Assembly: GCF_001194135.2 (NCBI RefSeq)
Contig: NC_068992.1
Coordinates: 42,084,997 to 42,141,131 of the forward strand
Origin: Octopus bimaculoides
Taxonomy: Eukaryota
DNA: 56,135 nucleotides
Direction: 5' to 3'
Under the pieces are notes generated by a model, which saw nothing but the letters and a program-made list of their open reading frames with translations, was not told where the DNA came from and did not search any database. The position numbers and the translations under genes were made by a program. Position 1 is the first letter of the stretch, and each line of letters begins with the position of its first letter. Shown one piece after another: positions 24,971-38,989 of this stretch.

Positions 24971-27900
24971 TGGAATGACTTCCGTGAAGGTTTGATGCTT
25001 AGAATATATTGATATTGTCTTAAGGCTGCTTGCACATATAATTGATTGTTTCGTCCTGTGTCTGATTTGATACTCACAATTTGGCAGGATGGATAGAGTC
25101 CTTGCGAAATAAAATGCCACATGTTGCCTTATCTGTTTACCTTCTGAGTTCAACTCTTGATCATGTCTTCCTGAATTTTTCTTCGTGGCCGAGAATCATA
25201 AATAACGATCGATAAAATGATAACAGCAAGTGGTTGACGAAGGTTTTACGCGGTCACTCAACGTAAAGCAGCAACCAAATCTCACCCGTATTATATCCTA
25301 ACGTCTTAAAGAAGAAGAAAAGATTGGTTAACGATGTAGTTTTAGATTTAGATAAGAAGGGCTCTCTAACAGACTGCTCAGTCATGCCTAAAGCCTTCGG
25401 ATCAATGGACCACCCGCGCCAGACATTACTTGGTTTTACATGATAGTTTCTAATTGAGGCACAATTCCAGTAAATTTGAGTGAAGACAATAAGTCGATGT
25501 TGTTTACAGATCTTTACAGTACTTCACAGATAATTCATCTGAGACATCCTGGAAAGATGGAAGGCAAAAATGACCTGGTGACATCTGGATTACGCCATAG
25601 ATATAGAAACCTTTAGATTTAACTTGGCAAATATCAGTGAAAACGCACAGCATTAAGTAACCGCCCAAAAGATAACCTAGGTCTGAAGAAACAATGAAAG
25701 AAAATTATAATTACGGTAAAGATGAGACGATAATAGTTCGTATAGTTTATAAATAAAGTGAAATTACTACCAACGGCAGCAGAATATATTTGTATATGAA
25801 CAGAATTTACTTCTGAACGCAACTGAAAATTTGTGTTGGTGCAAATCCTAATTAAAACTGGCTGATTTATTTCAGTTTGAAAATTAGAAATTATAACATC
25901 CTTAAATTGAGTTGAAGAATTGTAAAGCCGTATGTACTGTTGCAGTAATGTTTCTTTTTTGAATAGCTGTCTCAATCTAAAAGAGTAAAAATATTTGTTA
26001 CAAATGCTTCTGGCCAGTTCATTAACAAGATTTACGTTCTTTAATGGCTTCCATAATTATTCTGTATTGCGAGACTAAATTCCGGAATAGATAAATAATT
26101 TTTCGGATTATGTTTGAATAAGAAATTTAATATCATTCTTCAAAATAAAAGAGAAATTGAAAATAATTTACGATTAAAAATGTTATATGATCTAAAGTAC
26201 ATTAAAGTAAATGTAAGATTTTTGATAAAACAGCTTGTGAAATGAATCTAAAGTATATAAAGCAATGCCTTTTAGTCAACAGTAATTTTATATATTTGCC
26301 GGAAGACGGAAAGGAGAGATTACGAAATTAGATTTCTTCTAAAATAAAGTATACCATTATATTACTCCCTAATTAATGTATCAATAATTTATTTAAACTG
26401 CTGAAGTTAAATATAAGCAAGGTTTGTCCCACTTTTGCCACCTAAATCCGTTGAATCCCCGAAAAGCCTTACATACAATATATACAATTCATAACACTGA
26501 AAATAAGGAAGAATTCTATCTAAATATTCATTATTTACTTAATCATGCTTTGCGGTTGCAAATATATCCGATTCACTGGAAGAGCAGGTAGAAACCCCTG
26601 CGAAATTTCTTCTGCCTTTCTATGCGCTGAGTCATAATATCACCGAAGTTAACATTGTCTTTCATTCTTTAACGAGAAGAGTAGGGGATTAATAGGTCCG
26701 ATGGAATCATTTGCTTGTCACATCTGTGAGAGAGCTGGTACAGCATAGTGTAGCGATTTAACCTTAACGTTCATCATCATAAAAAAAAAATTGTTAGCGA
26801 ACCCTAAAGGTTGAAAGGTACATTTAATCTCAGTGCAATTTGAACCTAACACAAGCACTCAGAACAGGCACCGCATGGGTTTCTTTTTTCGATACACCAT
26901 ATAAACAATTCCCCACGTTGGAACACATATTATACAATTAAATGCATATACTGTGTTTACATATACACATGTATACATATACATATATTTATGTATGTGT
27001 GCATGTATACATACTCACAGATATATATATATATATATATAATTATATAAATAATATATAAATATATGCATATATGCATACATATATGTACATACCTACA
27101 TATATATGTATATATACTAGCGTATATGGGTACAGAACATAAAAAAAAACGTGAACAAAGTGAAAAACGTGAACATAGAAAACAAAAACATAGAAAAGGA
27201 ACAATTTTCGAACAACGAAAGAAACAATTAGAGAAACGAGACATGCAACATAAAAGAACATTCCCTTCATCAGTTGATCCCTGTTTTATCTATTCCATGT
27301 TTCGAAGNNNNNNNNNNNNNNNNNNNNNNNNNNNNNNNNNNNNNNNNNNNNNNNNNNNNNNNNNNNNNNNNNNNNNNNNNNNNNNNNNNNNNNNNNNNNN
27401 NNNNNNNNNNNNNNNNNNNNNNNNNNNNNNNNNNNNNNNNNNNNNNNNNNNNNNNNNNNNNNNNNNNNNNNNNNNNNNNNNNNNNNNNNNNNNNNNNNNN
27501 NNNNNNNNNNNNNNNNNNNNNNNNNNNNNNNNNNNNNNNNNNNNNNNNNNNNNNNNNNNNNNNNNNNNNNNNNNNNNNNNNNNNNNNNNNNNNNNNNNNN
27601 NNNNNNNNNATATATATATGGACAGATAGATAGATAGATAGATAGATAGATATATAGATAGATAGATACATACATACATACACACATATAGATACATAGA
27701 TAGATAGATGGATATGTGTGTATATAATATTTTTATTGTCGTTCTTACAGTCGCTTTTAATATTCATGGTGTTAACTTTACATTTAATTTCTGATCTGTG
27801 TACTAAAAGAGCTTTAGATTTCAAGTTACGTAACTCAACCATATTGAAATATTGTATATCGTATTAAAAATAATTTGAAATATAACAAAGTAGAATCTTT

Positions 27901-30021
27901 TATTGGGTCCTCATAAAAATAAGATGTTTAAAGATGTTACAAAATAGATTTCGTCACTTATTTTGAATCCATTTCATCTTTGGAAAGTCTTTGTTGTGTC
28001 TTTTGATCTTTATCAATAAATTCATTTTCTCGCACAAATGACTCTTGATGACATCTAAGAGAAATACTAATATATAAAAAACATTTTTCGTTTAAATTAT
28101 GCATTATATATATATATATTTTGTCAAATCTGATATAAAAGAAATGTATATTTATTACAAATTTTGCTAAGGCAAATATTAATTTTAAGGTTATATTAAA
28201 TGAAATACTTTGGCAGCGAAAAGTTAGGAATCGTTAGATCGGTGTATAGAACTTCATACTATTTGTTCCCCGCTTTCACCCTCTGAATGCAATTCCTAGT
28301 TAAGTCTAAACTGCTTTTGGATTCTATAACGATAAAACTAGTGAAAGCTCGGGATCCATTTTTGTCGCTCCTTGTGTCGCTTTCGCTTTCTCTATCGCTC
28401 CATCGCTCACTCTCTCGTTCTCCCTCTCTTAATCTCTGTCTCTGTCCATCTAGCTATCTGTCTGTCTCCGTCTGTCTGTCTCTTTCTCTCTCTCTCCCAT
28501 CTAAATTGGGCTAAGTTACAACGAAACAGATTATTCCCAACCCCCGTTTCCGTTTTAACCAATGATCTACTGCAAAAAATGGAACCTGTTAATGCACTGA
28601 AATCTTTTTCTAAGGCAGCCCCTTGACTAATGCAGCACAAAAGGGAAGAATATGAAATACAATATGAAGTGAAAGCAATGATATTTTGCTTGAATTTTTT
28701 TCTGGTAGAAGAACCGTTGAACTAGCTTAATTTGGAAAAAAATATATTTAGGGCCACGCAAACGGGTAGTCACCTACTCGCAGCTATACACTTTCCATGA
28801 GCTTAAATCACTATAACCGATTGACTTTATCCAATGAAATGGTTTTCCCTATCACTAACTGAGGAAGGAAGGAATTTAGGCTTCTCTCAGAACGTTAAAT
28901 TAGGCTGAAACATATGCGCATTTATCACCTTGCATGCCAACAATGGATTATACGAATGGCAATATTTGATATATTCTTGTCACAGGATAAATAGTATTAA
29001 CTAATTAGATTTGATTTTCAAGCACATTAATATGATGGTTTTTACTGTAAATAATGAGAGAACAACTAACAAAATGTGAACACGATATTACTAGAACTGG
29101 AGTATTGTTTCTTTGATCCATGTAGTATATGATGGAGTAGACGCTGGAATTCAAGCCTTCCAGCAATGACAAACGTGACTTGTTCTCATGTCGCATCTGA
29201 TTGGATACAATACACTAAGGCATTCCAGCCGTGACAAATCATCTTGTTCCTAGGTATTTTGTACCCAGGTTCAACTAATCTACTACGTAATAGTCTTCTT
29301 AGATAGTAGGACATTATTTGAGATCCTCTTGGCTGCTATTTCAAGCAGGTTACTAGCAGCTCCAGTGACCTTGTAAAGGAAACCATGATATCAGAACATG
29401 GTAAAATTTGGTATCAGAATTCCAACATAAAGTGCTAAGCTTGAAACCTCACACGATCTGCTAAAAATGTAAGTCAAATTTCTTTCATATTAGGCGCCAC
29501 AATCTTAAAATATGAAATCGTATAGGATAAAAGAGGGACTTTCTCATTTGGGTTAGTTTTTAACAAAAGTGTTCGATGATAGAGGGCGTAATCAAGAAGC
29601 TAATATATTTGATCCGCTGCAAAGTGTGTGTAGATTTTGGTGCAGGTTAAACAAATGGAACTATATTAACAATGGCGGAATGAGGAGGGTGTCATGGCTT
29701 CCAATGTTAATTGGAATTATGTCAGCTAATTTTCTACACGAGTGATTACATTATCAACTGATATTCTGCATTTGGTAAACAATGTCACACATTCTATTTC
29801 CCGTTAATTATATATTATTCGTTCCAAACGAAAGAATCTAGCATGCTTCAGGATAATTACAATACTGTTACCGAAGCAAAAAGAACTGATACCATTTTGT
29901 CTTATTGTGTTGTTCGGATAATAATGTTCCATATTTTATGAAAGAGTTAATGTGAACAAAATGTGTTGGAAATGTAGATGAAAAGCTAATAGTTCTGTTT
30001 TAGTCTGGGCTGCGGGATGTA

Positions 30022-30235
30022 CTCTTTACTCTTTAATATTTTACTTGTTTCAATCATTTTACTGCGGCCATGCTGGAGCAGCGACATTAGTAGAGCAAAT
30101 CGACCCCGGGACTTATTTTTTGTAAGCCTAGTACTTATTCTATCGGTCTCTTTTGCCGAATCTCTAAGTGACGGGGACATAAACACACCAGCATCGGTTG
30201 TCAAGCAACGCTAGGGAGACAAACACACAGACACA

Positions 30236-30281
<46 letters not shown>

Positions 30282-30454
30282 CATATATATACGACCGGCT
30301 TCTTTCAGTTTCCGTCTACCAAATCCACTAACAAGTCTTTGGTTGGTCCGAAGCTATAGTAGAAGATACTTGCTCTAGATGCCACGCAGTGGGACTGAAT
30401 CCGGAACCATGTGGTTCGTAAACAAGCTACTTCACAAACAGCCACTCCTGCGCC
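30022..30454 (-). mobile_element. tRNA-derived SINE with internal (TG/TA)n microsatellite
   Basis: Minus head ...ggttccggattcagtcccactgcgtggc; tail gctccagcatggccgcagt...gaaacaagtaa, also seen on plus at ~30575-30625. A decayed sister head lies at ~23773-23860. Confidence 0.75.
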
Positions 30455-30504
30455 TACGGCTACATATTTTTGTATACACTCTACATAAACCAGAATGTGT
30501 AAAC

Positions 30505-30572
<68 letters not shown>

Positions 30573-30844
30573 GGGGTCGGTGCTCCAGCATGGCCGCAGT
30601 CAAAATGACTGAAACAAGTAAGAGAATATATATATANNNNNNNNNNNNNNNNNNNNNNNNNNNNNNNNNNNNNNNNNNNNNNNNNNNNNNNNNNNNNNNN
30701 NNNNNNNNNNNNNNNNNNNNNNNNNNNNNNNNNNNNNNNNNNNNNNNNNNNNNNNNNNNNNNNNNNNNNNNNNNNNNNNNNNNNNNNNNNNNNNNNNNNN
30801 NNNNNNNNNNNNNNNNNNNNNNNNNNNNNNNNNNNNNNNNNNNN

Positions 30845-30885
<41 letters not shown>

Positions 30886-31059
30886 AGTGGTGCCTATGAC
30901 CATTTTAAGGTGCCACTGACTGCTAGAAGATAATAGACCAGTTACTCCTCGACCAGAGTCATCTTCCAAATTCGAACAACAGATTACAACGGTTGCTTGA
31001 ATGTTGTATGAAAACAGATACTGGATTACCTCCACTACACAAACACATAATTAATATAT

Positions 31060-31457
31060 TTGATAACATTCAACACAGGATCGCAAAGGAAGAGGACGAA
31101 AAACAAAGAAATAATCAAAGCAAAAATACAATCCCTCAAAATATGAAAAGGCAAAACTTTGGAGCATGAGAACTGTAAGAGCCGTGCCTATAATAATTGG
31201 TGCGGTTGCAACAGTAAGCCAAGATATAGACAAATGGCTGAAGGAGATTGAAATAGAATGACCGGTAGAGCTCTTACAGAAAGTTTGTCTTTTAGGGACA
31301 GCAAGGGTTATCAGGGGGGTTCCAAACACTTAAAAGACTACCAAAATCTTTTGGATACCTAAGGATACAGGTAGTAACCCGGTACTTACATAAATCGTAC
31401 CAGGAATAAGATCGAACACAAACAAAACCGAAAATACTACTACTACTACTACTACTA
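31060..31457 (+). mobile_element. R4/Dong-clade REL C-terminal fragment (distinct subfamily) ending in (TAC)n
   Basis: KYEKAKLWSMRTVRAVPIIIGAVATV...LLQKVCLLGTARVIRG. Confidence 0.75.
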
Positions 31458-31621
31458 TTTAAATGTATGTGTTGTATGACATGAAGATATTTTGAAATGC
31501 TCTGCCACCGGCTGTTCCCATTTTTTCAGTCATACTGTAACCTCTCTTATACATCACTCGCCCCAAGACACTGAGTGTGTCCCGTCGAGTGATTGTAACA
31601 AACATTCACATTAAAAGTAAC

Positions 31622-31709
<88 letters not shown>
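31622..31709. repeat. (AAT)n microsatellite
   Basis: Direct reading. Confidence 0.95.
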
Positions 31710-31710
<1 letters not shown>

Positions 31711-32761
31711 TTTTACTTTTTATTCAGAAAACCATAATTACACATAATAGTAAAATAGATAAATATAGAACTTATAAATATAGAATTTATATGACTTCGA
31801 AATAAATCAAATGGAGGGAATAATGATATACAATGACAAAATTATAGCGAATTTTGTGAAGTATGCATTTGTCTTTTTTTTTAAAACATATATCATAATG
31901 TTTATAAATATTTATGAATTAGTTAATTCCAAGATGCAAAGAAATTATTCAAACCAATACAACCATGTATACGCACAGCATTATATTTCAATTAAATAGT
32001 GGTTGGAATATCTAAAATTGTTGCTAGAGGAGCTAGGGGTTTACTTGACTTCTGAGGAGTACTCAAAGAAACATGGAACCTTTCAGAGGAATATCGTCTG
32101 TTTTAAGTTTCAACAGAGAATAACAAAATGTATTAGCATCCATTTAAATGTCAACAAAGAAAAGCTCGAGCCTTAAGTTTCACACTTCCTGATTTTTCTT
32201 CAGCTCTCAACAACCTTCTGAATTTATACACACACACACATCTACATATAGCTAGGTAAATGTAAGCATAAATGAATACATATAGACTTTGAGGCATGTA
32301 TGTACACAAACATACATTTTGTCATTATGAAATACTGAGAGAAGAGAATATTTACTAAATCTGTTGGATATAGTAAAACGATCTACATGAAATCACTTTA
32401 AGGAAAGAACGCGCTAGTTAATGTAGATCTTAGATAACATAGAACGCAACATGGTCGCGTTAGGAATGCGCGTAAACACAGAACTACTTGAATGACGTTG
32501 TTCTGCGACGAGAGAACAACAACAACCACAACAACAACAATAACGACAAGTGGCAAAAAGAGATGGGATCAAATTACACCGAAACCATCGCTCCTTATGG
32601 CAAATGACCAATATTCTATATCACAACAACTCGCACAGTTAGATTTGTGCAGTGAAAGTCCGCCATAAAAACATTATTAGTGACACGATCATCGCATCTG
32701 TCTAAAGATCTATAAAACAAACATAACTACAAGAGTCTTCAACTTTTCAAAGACATTATGT

Positions 32762-32915
32762 GGAATAGCTGCGAACAGATTTCTGCAGAATGCTTCTTAG
32801 GTTCTCAATTTCAATTGCTCTCAGAGTTGTCTTGTGTAACTGGTTTGGTATTGTTCCAAGGTTATGACATGTTTTTCACTGACATGTTTGGATTTTTCTG
32901 GTTTCTCTGGCCATG
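32762..32915 (-). mobile_element. Old R4/Dong-clade REL fragment
   Basis: ARETRKI..NMSVK..LGTIPNQLHKTTLRAIEIENLRSILQKSV, with frameshifts. Confidence 0.55.
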
Positions 32916-33188
32916 TGTAAATTGTAGTAAGGCTGTAATCTTCGATTTATGTATGTATTATACAGGCTATCAAAATGTATGAAATGTTATGATTTAGAAT
33001 CTGCTATAAATCCCTTGCATTTATGAATCAATTTGTTCAGACGGATAATTTACAATGTCTAAAATGAAGGATAATTTTTATGCCAATTTTCGGATAAAAC
33101 TCCCTACATTTATGTTTAATCCCTCCCCGAAACATAATCTGGGTAGAAGTAATTAGTAAGGATTGGGACAGTTATATACTATACCACA

Positions 33189-33320
33189 TACGAGAGAGTA
33201 CTGAAAGGTTCCTGGATCAAAGGGTGTTGCGAAAGGCCTGGTTTAAGGCCCAACATTCCGAGTTCTTTTACAGTGCTTAGTAAAACTGACGGACCAGTTA
33301 TATATAACGTGCTTCCTTAC
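33189..33320 (+). mobile_element. Partial mariner-type MITE
   Basis: TACGAGAGAGTACTGAAAGGTTCCTGG terminus and body shared with 48255-48475. Confidence 0.65.
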
Positions 33321-33458
33321 AGTTCCTGTCTAGCAATTGTATCCACAGAGTATTCATCAGCCTGGGGAGACAGTACAAGACTTACCTAACGTGTCACGCT
33401 GTGGAGCTCAACCCAATGCACTTGGTTGCGGAGTGAATTTCTTAACCACATACCACTG

Positions 33459-33534
<76 letters not shown>

Positions 33535-33600
33535 TGCTCAACTAACATTACCACTGAAACACTTTTTCGTTGAACTGCATACTTATATATAAGTGCATAA

Positions 33601-34860
33601 TATATCAGATTCAGTAAAAAGTATACAAATTTTTTGAACCATGAAGAATTTGCACCCCAAGTTTGCATAATTTTGAATTTTTAAAAACTTTTCTTTGCAA
33701 TTGTCTGATAATACAGACACAGACTTGCCCAAATGCATCAATAAATTAGCATTGATATTTTTTTCACCGTGGTTACAATCATCTGAAATGGGACTTTCAA
33801 AGCGCGATATTCGAGCATTTATGCTATTCAACATCAAAAAAGGACGTAAAACAGCTGAAACGGTTCGCGATATCAAGGAAACGGTTGGTGAGGAAATGAC
33901 CAGTTAGTGGTCAGTTTGAAAATAGCTTTAAAAATTTCGAAGTGGAGACCTGAGCCTTGAAGATCGTGAGCGCATTGCACACCCATCTGACATCGATGAT
34001 GGTCAATTAAAGACAGTCATTGAGAAAGATCCACGTAAAACTACCTGGCAAAAGAACTTCAAGCTCGCCAGAAAACAACCTGCAACTACTTGCATGCGAT
34101 CGGAAAATCAAAAAAGCTCGACAAATAAGTACCACATGATTTGAAGGAAAATCACATAATGCGCAGATGTGAAATTTGCTCGTTGCTTCTTCTCTGTAAC
34201 CAGGCCGATACGTTTCTCGACCGTATTGTAACTTGCGATGAAAAGTGGATTCTGTACAATAATATAAAAAAAAAAATTCTTCGCAGTGGTTGGACCAAAA
34301 TGAAGCACCTAAAACCTTCCCTAAACCCGAAGGTTATTGTGAGTGTCTGGTGTTTTACTGCGGGCCTCATCCACTATAACTTCTTATAATACGGAAAAGC
34401 CATTATTGTAGAAACATATTGCCATGAAATTGCCAAAATGAACGAAAAACTGCTACTCCTCCGTCTCAGACTGGTCAACAGAGGAGAGCCAATCATTCTT
34501 CATGACAATAGTCGACTACACGTTTCACTAATGACGCTCCAGAAATTAAGAGAACTTGGCTACGGAGTTCTTGCCCACCCAGCATATTCCCCGGACCTTT
34601 CTCCTACCGACTACCACTTTTTCAAGCACCCTGATGGTTTCGTGCTAGAGAAGGAGTTCAAAAATTAAACCAATGAGTTCATCAGCTCCAGAACTCCATA
34701 TTTTTATTTTGCCGGAATAAAGAAACTTGTAATTCGTTGGCAAAAATGTGTCGATTGTAAATGTACTTACTTTGATGAATAAAATTTCCTCATTGTTGAA
34801 AAATATTGTGATAAATTTCATGTTTCAAAGCGTTGCTTACTTTTTACTCAACCTCATATA
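33601..34860 (+). mobile_element. Mariner (DD34D, cecropia/Hsmar1-like) DNA transposon, near full length
   Basis: TIRs 33601-33628 and 34833-34860 (23/28 match, TA ends) enclosing a transposase remnant. Confidence 0.9.
33788..34782 (+). pseudogene. Mariner transposase pseudogene
   Basis: IVTCDEKW, LHDN and YSPDLSPTDYHFFKH; exactly 34 residues between the second and third Asp; several stops and frameshifts. Confidence 0.9.
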
Positions 34861-36660
34861 TTCTATAGTTTGTGGTAGTCTTATACGTTCGTATCAATTT
34901 TATTGTGTTCATATAAATTTTCTTTTTATATCAATGTCAATTCTCATGGAGAAGATAAGAATTAAGTCTTATGGAGAAATGAAGACTTAGAGCGATATTG
35001 GAAAATAGAAATGTAGTTCTTGAAGCAACAAATAAGTATTTATTTCACAAAGAAAATAAGAAGTGAAAAATTGTATTTTAAAATATATCATCTGAACTAG
35101 AGTAAAATTGATATTTTCCTACATCACAATATCGGAAGCCATTTATGTGCGTTTTGCATTGAATAAAACTTAAAATTATTTCGAAACCAGTTCCTTGCTG
35201 ATAACATATAATACGATTAATATGATTTAGTTATCCTGTGGAGTTCCATGGCCTAGTGATTAGGATATTGCGGTCCCGAAATTGCAGTTTACTCATTCCT
35301 TATTGACGAAAACACTCCATCTTATGTTGCTCTTTAATCACTTCGACCCATGACGTCTGGTACATTTGTTCAGGCAACGTCGATTTCTCTCTTGTTTTTG
35401 TTCAGAAATGGCAGCGAGCTTGCAGAATTTTGTGCTGAAATTTGAAACCAATATGATACAATCATACACAAAAAAATTCTACAGAGGAGGGTCCTGCCTA
35501 GACACATGTCATTCAAATTCATGTACTTTGGTGAAAATTATATTATAAATGACGCTGCAGTGTGCCAGTAAGGATGCAGAGTTGTATCAGAATAGATCAC
35601 CAAAAATGTTGCTTTCATTCTGAATTTTTGCTGACTTTTGTTTGTTTCTTTTTATCTTTCTTCCTTTCTTGTTTCCTTTTCTTTTTTCTTCTTTCCTTCT
35701 TTTTTTTACAATCCGGATTTTATCGATTCCCGATATATTTCTCTCAACTGATAAAGAAGATATTTCTATTGTTTCTTTTGAGTATACAACGAAACCTACC
35801 CACAACACTTCTACTGCTGTGTATACAGGTAATCGTCCACTTCTCTTGTTCTTGAACATTGAATAAATAAAAATGTGTACCAGTAAAGTGAACCTGTCTT
35901 AGAAAGCTCTCTAAAGCAGGTTTCTTCTGCCGCTGTCGATTTCGTGTTCAGCATCTCTTTGTGTTTCCCAGCATTATCGAATTAGCAGAAGTCTCTCGTA
36001 TTGTCCTTGATTTTTCATTTATACACAAAACGTTTGGTTGTATACTTACAGATTGTTCTATACTTCGTCACATATCCATTTTTATTTTCAAATTAACATT
36101 ATATTTTTTGTACCTGCCAAAATGTCACTACATATTTATTCTTGAGAAACGCGTATCTTACAGTGTAGCGTGAAGGAGCATTGACAGTTACTCTGACATA
36201 AGTAGTCTTAGCGAAACAGGTGTCAATAGAGGAGGGGGTCAGGGAATGTCTAAAAGCAGAACTTCTTTCTGCATCGAGCTTTGGTAAAAGAATTGACACG
36301 TTCGGAAGATTCGCATCCTTCTGATTTGGCGGACACCATTTTTTATTGAGTTTTTATTTAGTGTGTTTTCTACAGAAACACTTTAAAACTTCTTCGTATA
36401 CTTGTATATTTTGTCTTATAGAACAGAGAAAAAAAATTATATTCGAAGTTATTTTATGTTAAAAGTTGTCGTTTTTCGGTAATTTCAACCAATCACTGAC
36501 GTTTATTGAGGCCAGAACAATTACTGCTGTGGATTGTCAACAAACCGTTGTGGCAGTGTAATGGGATCTTTTCCCTTGACTATAATTAGTGTAGTTGTTT
36601 GTCAACAACAACTATCGGCGGTACTGTTATTTATGACATCGTTCGTGCCTTTGTACTGGT

Positions 36661-36752
36661 TTTAGCTTTAGGGTTTTAGGGTTTTAGAGTTAAGGTTAGG
36701 GTTAGAGTTTTAGGGTTAGGGTTAGGGTTAGGGTTAGGGTTAGGGTTAGGGT
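36661..36752 (+). repeat. Interstitial telomeric (TTAGGG)n tract
   Basis: Seven perfect TTAGGG units at 36710-36751, preceded by variant units. Confidence 0.9.
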
Positions 36753-37041
36753 CATGAGTATTTTTGCCAAATTTGGTGAAAAATTTGTGGCGGTGTATTG
36801 AACAGAATTTCAATATTTCTCATTCCATGAAGGTGTGGACTCTGGTTTCCCTCGTTCACATTTTAAATTTAAATTTCTATGATTTTTAAATTTTATCATT
36901 TCTTATTTTGAAGTCGACAAAAACATACTTACTGTTGAAATATAGTTCAACCAATCAAATATCTATTACAATCGAATCGCAATCTTCGTCTTGACTGTTT
37001 ACTTTCGTGAAGAATTACGTCAATTCTTTTAAAATATAATG

Positions 37042-37106
<65 letters not shown>

Positions 37107-37107
<1 letters not shown>

Positions 37108-37686
37108 CTAAAAACAAGATAATAAATATTAACATTTTAGCCGTCCCAGTTAATTAGTAACAGCTACAATACCCTTAACTGGACTTTAAACGAACTAACA
37201 AAAATAGACAGGAACGTAAAACTCCTTTGGGACTTTGATTTCCAGACAGACAAGGTATTAGAGCACCGTAGGCCGGATATTGTAAGATTTAGGAGGGACA
37301 AACAAGAAGACCTAATAATTGTCGTGGCAGTGCCAGGAGATCAACATATCATCATGAAATAAAAAGAAAAGATTGATAAATATGGAAACCTGAGAATTGA
37401 AATCGCTAAGATGTGGAGGCTACGAGAGTCGAACATAAAGGTCATCCCTATTTTCATCGGAGCATTGGGTTCAATACCACCCAATCTGAAAAAAGCATCT
37501 GAAAACCTTAGTGATACCCTACAATCTACATGTATTGCAAAATTCGGCATTACTTGGAACTGCAAGCATATTGAGTAAAGTACTGTCTGTTTTAGGTACA
37601 TTGGACTTGACAAACTGTACAAACCCCCAGTAGACACAATGTCTTCAATCAACAACCTCACGATATTGTATACTGTGCATCGTCTA
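37107..37686 (+). mobile_element. R4/Dong-clade copy with RT-thumb segment fused directly to REL domain
   Basis: 37107-37214 is about 85% identical to 56009-56115. From 37216: VKLLWDFDFQTDKVLEHRRPDIV...KYGNLRIEIAKMW...IGALG. (AAT)n on the 5' side and an (ATG)/(AAT) tract on the 3' side. Confidence 0.85.
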
Positions 37687-37697
37687 TGATGATGATG

Positions 37698-37745
<48 letters not shown>

Positions 37746-37763
37746 GCAACAAGAACAACAGTA

Positions 37764-37834
<71 letters not shown>

Positions 37835-38932
37835 CCATGTGCAGTCTGCTTGCGCCTACAGAGTATCTCAACAGGCATGATAAAGCTGCACAATATATTC
37901 ACTGGGTAATATGCAAAAACCTGGACTTGCCCCATGATAAAAACTGGTGGGAACACAAACCANNNNNNNNNNNNNNNNNNNNNNNNNNNNNNNNNNNNNN
38001 NNNNNNNNNNNNNNNNNNNNNNNNNNNNNNNNNNNNNNNNNNNNNNNNNNNNNNNNNNNNNNNNNNNNNNNNNNNNNNNNNNNNNNNNNNNNNNNNNNNN
38101 NNNNNNNNNNNNNNNNNNNNNNNNNNNNNNNNNNNNNNNNNNNNNNNNNNNNNNNNNNNNNNNNNNNNNNNNNNNNNNNNNNNNNNNNNNNNNNNNNNNN
38201 NNNNNNNNNNNNNNNNNNNNNNNNNNNNNNNNNNNNNNNNNNNNNNNNNNNNNNNNNNNNNNNNNNNNNNNNNNNNNNNNNNNNNNNNNNNNNNNNNNNN
38301 NNNNNNNNNNNNNNNNNNNNNNNNNNNNNNNNNNNNNNNNNNNNNNNNNNNNNNNNNNNNNNNNNNNNNNNNNNNNNNNNNNNNNNNNNNNNNNNNNNNN
38401 NNNNNNNNNNNNNNNNNNNNNNNNNNNNNNNNNNNNNNNNNNNNNNNNNNNNNNNNNNNNNNNNNNNNNNNNNNNNNNNNNNNNNNNNNNNNNNNNNNNN
38501 NNNNNNNNNNNNNNNNNNNNNNNNNNNNNNNNNNNNNNNNNNNNNNNNNNNNNNNNNNNNNNNNNNNNNNNNNNNNNNNNNNNNNNNNNNNNNNNNNNNN
38601 NNNNNNNNNNNNNNNNNNNNNNNNNNNNNNNNNNNNNNNNNNNNNNNNNNNNNNNNNNNNNNNNNNNNNNNNNNNNNNNNNNNNNNNNNNNNNNNNNNNN
38701 NNNNNNNNNNNNNNNNNNNNNNNNNNNNNNNNNNNNNNGTGATCTCAAATTTTAAAGCAAACATAATTTTCTTATGGTTTCTTAAACATTCACTTGAACA
38801 AAACTGTACAAATCCAAATATATGGTACCCTAGGCATAACACCTACATGAACTTCTAACTTGTTGTCTCTTGAGGTCTCTGGGTGAGACTTGGATCCAAC
38901 TTGTACAAATGCAAAACAAAAGTCAAACATAA

Positions 38933-38933
<1 letters not shown>
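37835..38933 (+). mobile_element. R4/Dong-clade 5'-truncated copy spanning a gap
   Basis: CSLLAPTEYLNRHDKAAQYIHWVIC...WWEHKP (end of CCHC region) before the gap; the 3'UTR after it differs from the 50627-50822 copy by one substitution and one 2-bp indel. Confidence 0.8.
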
Positions 38934-38979
<46 letters not shown>

Positions 38980-38989
38980 TAGTAATAAT

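Noticed and set aside
25634-25975. 113-aa minus-strand ORF
   Set aside because: No recognisable domain, AT-biased composition, and a length compatible with chance.
27066-27307. Charged K/E/R-rich peptide
   Set aside because: It arises from degenerate aaaaacgtgaaca-type repeats next to a microsatellite and a gap.
28407-28640. Possible minus-strand exon
   Set aside because: There is a plausible acceptor but no good donor and no recognisable protein.
35642-36299. Several splice-donor-like motifs and short ORFs
   Set aside because: No consistent acceptor-donor-frame combination.
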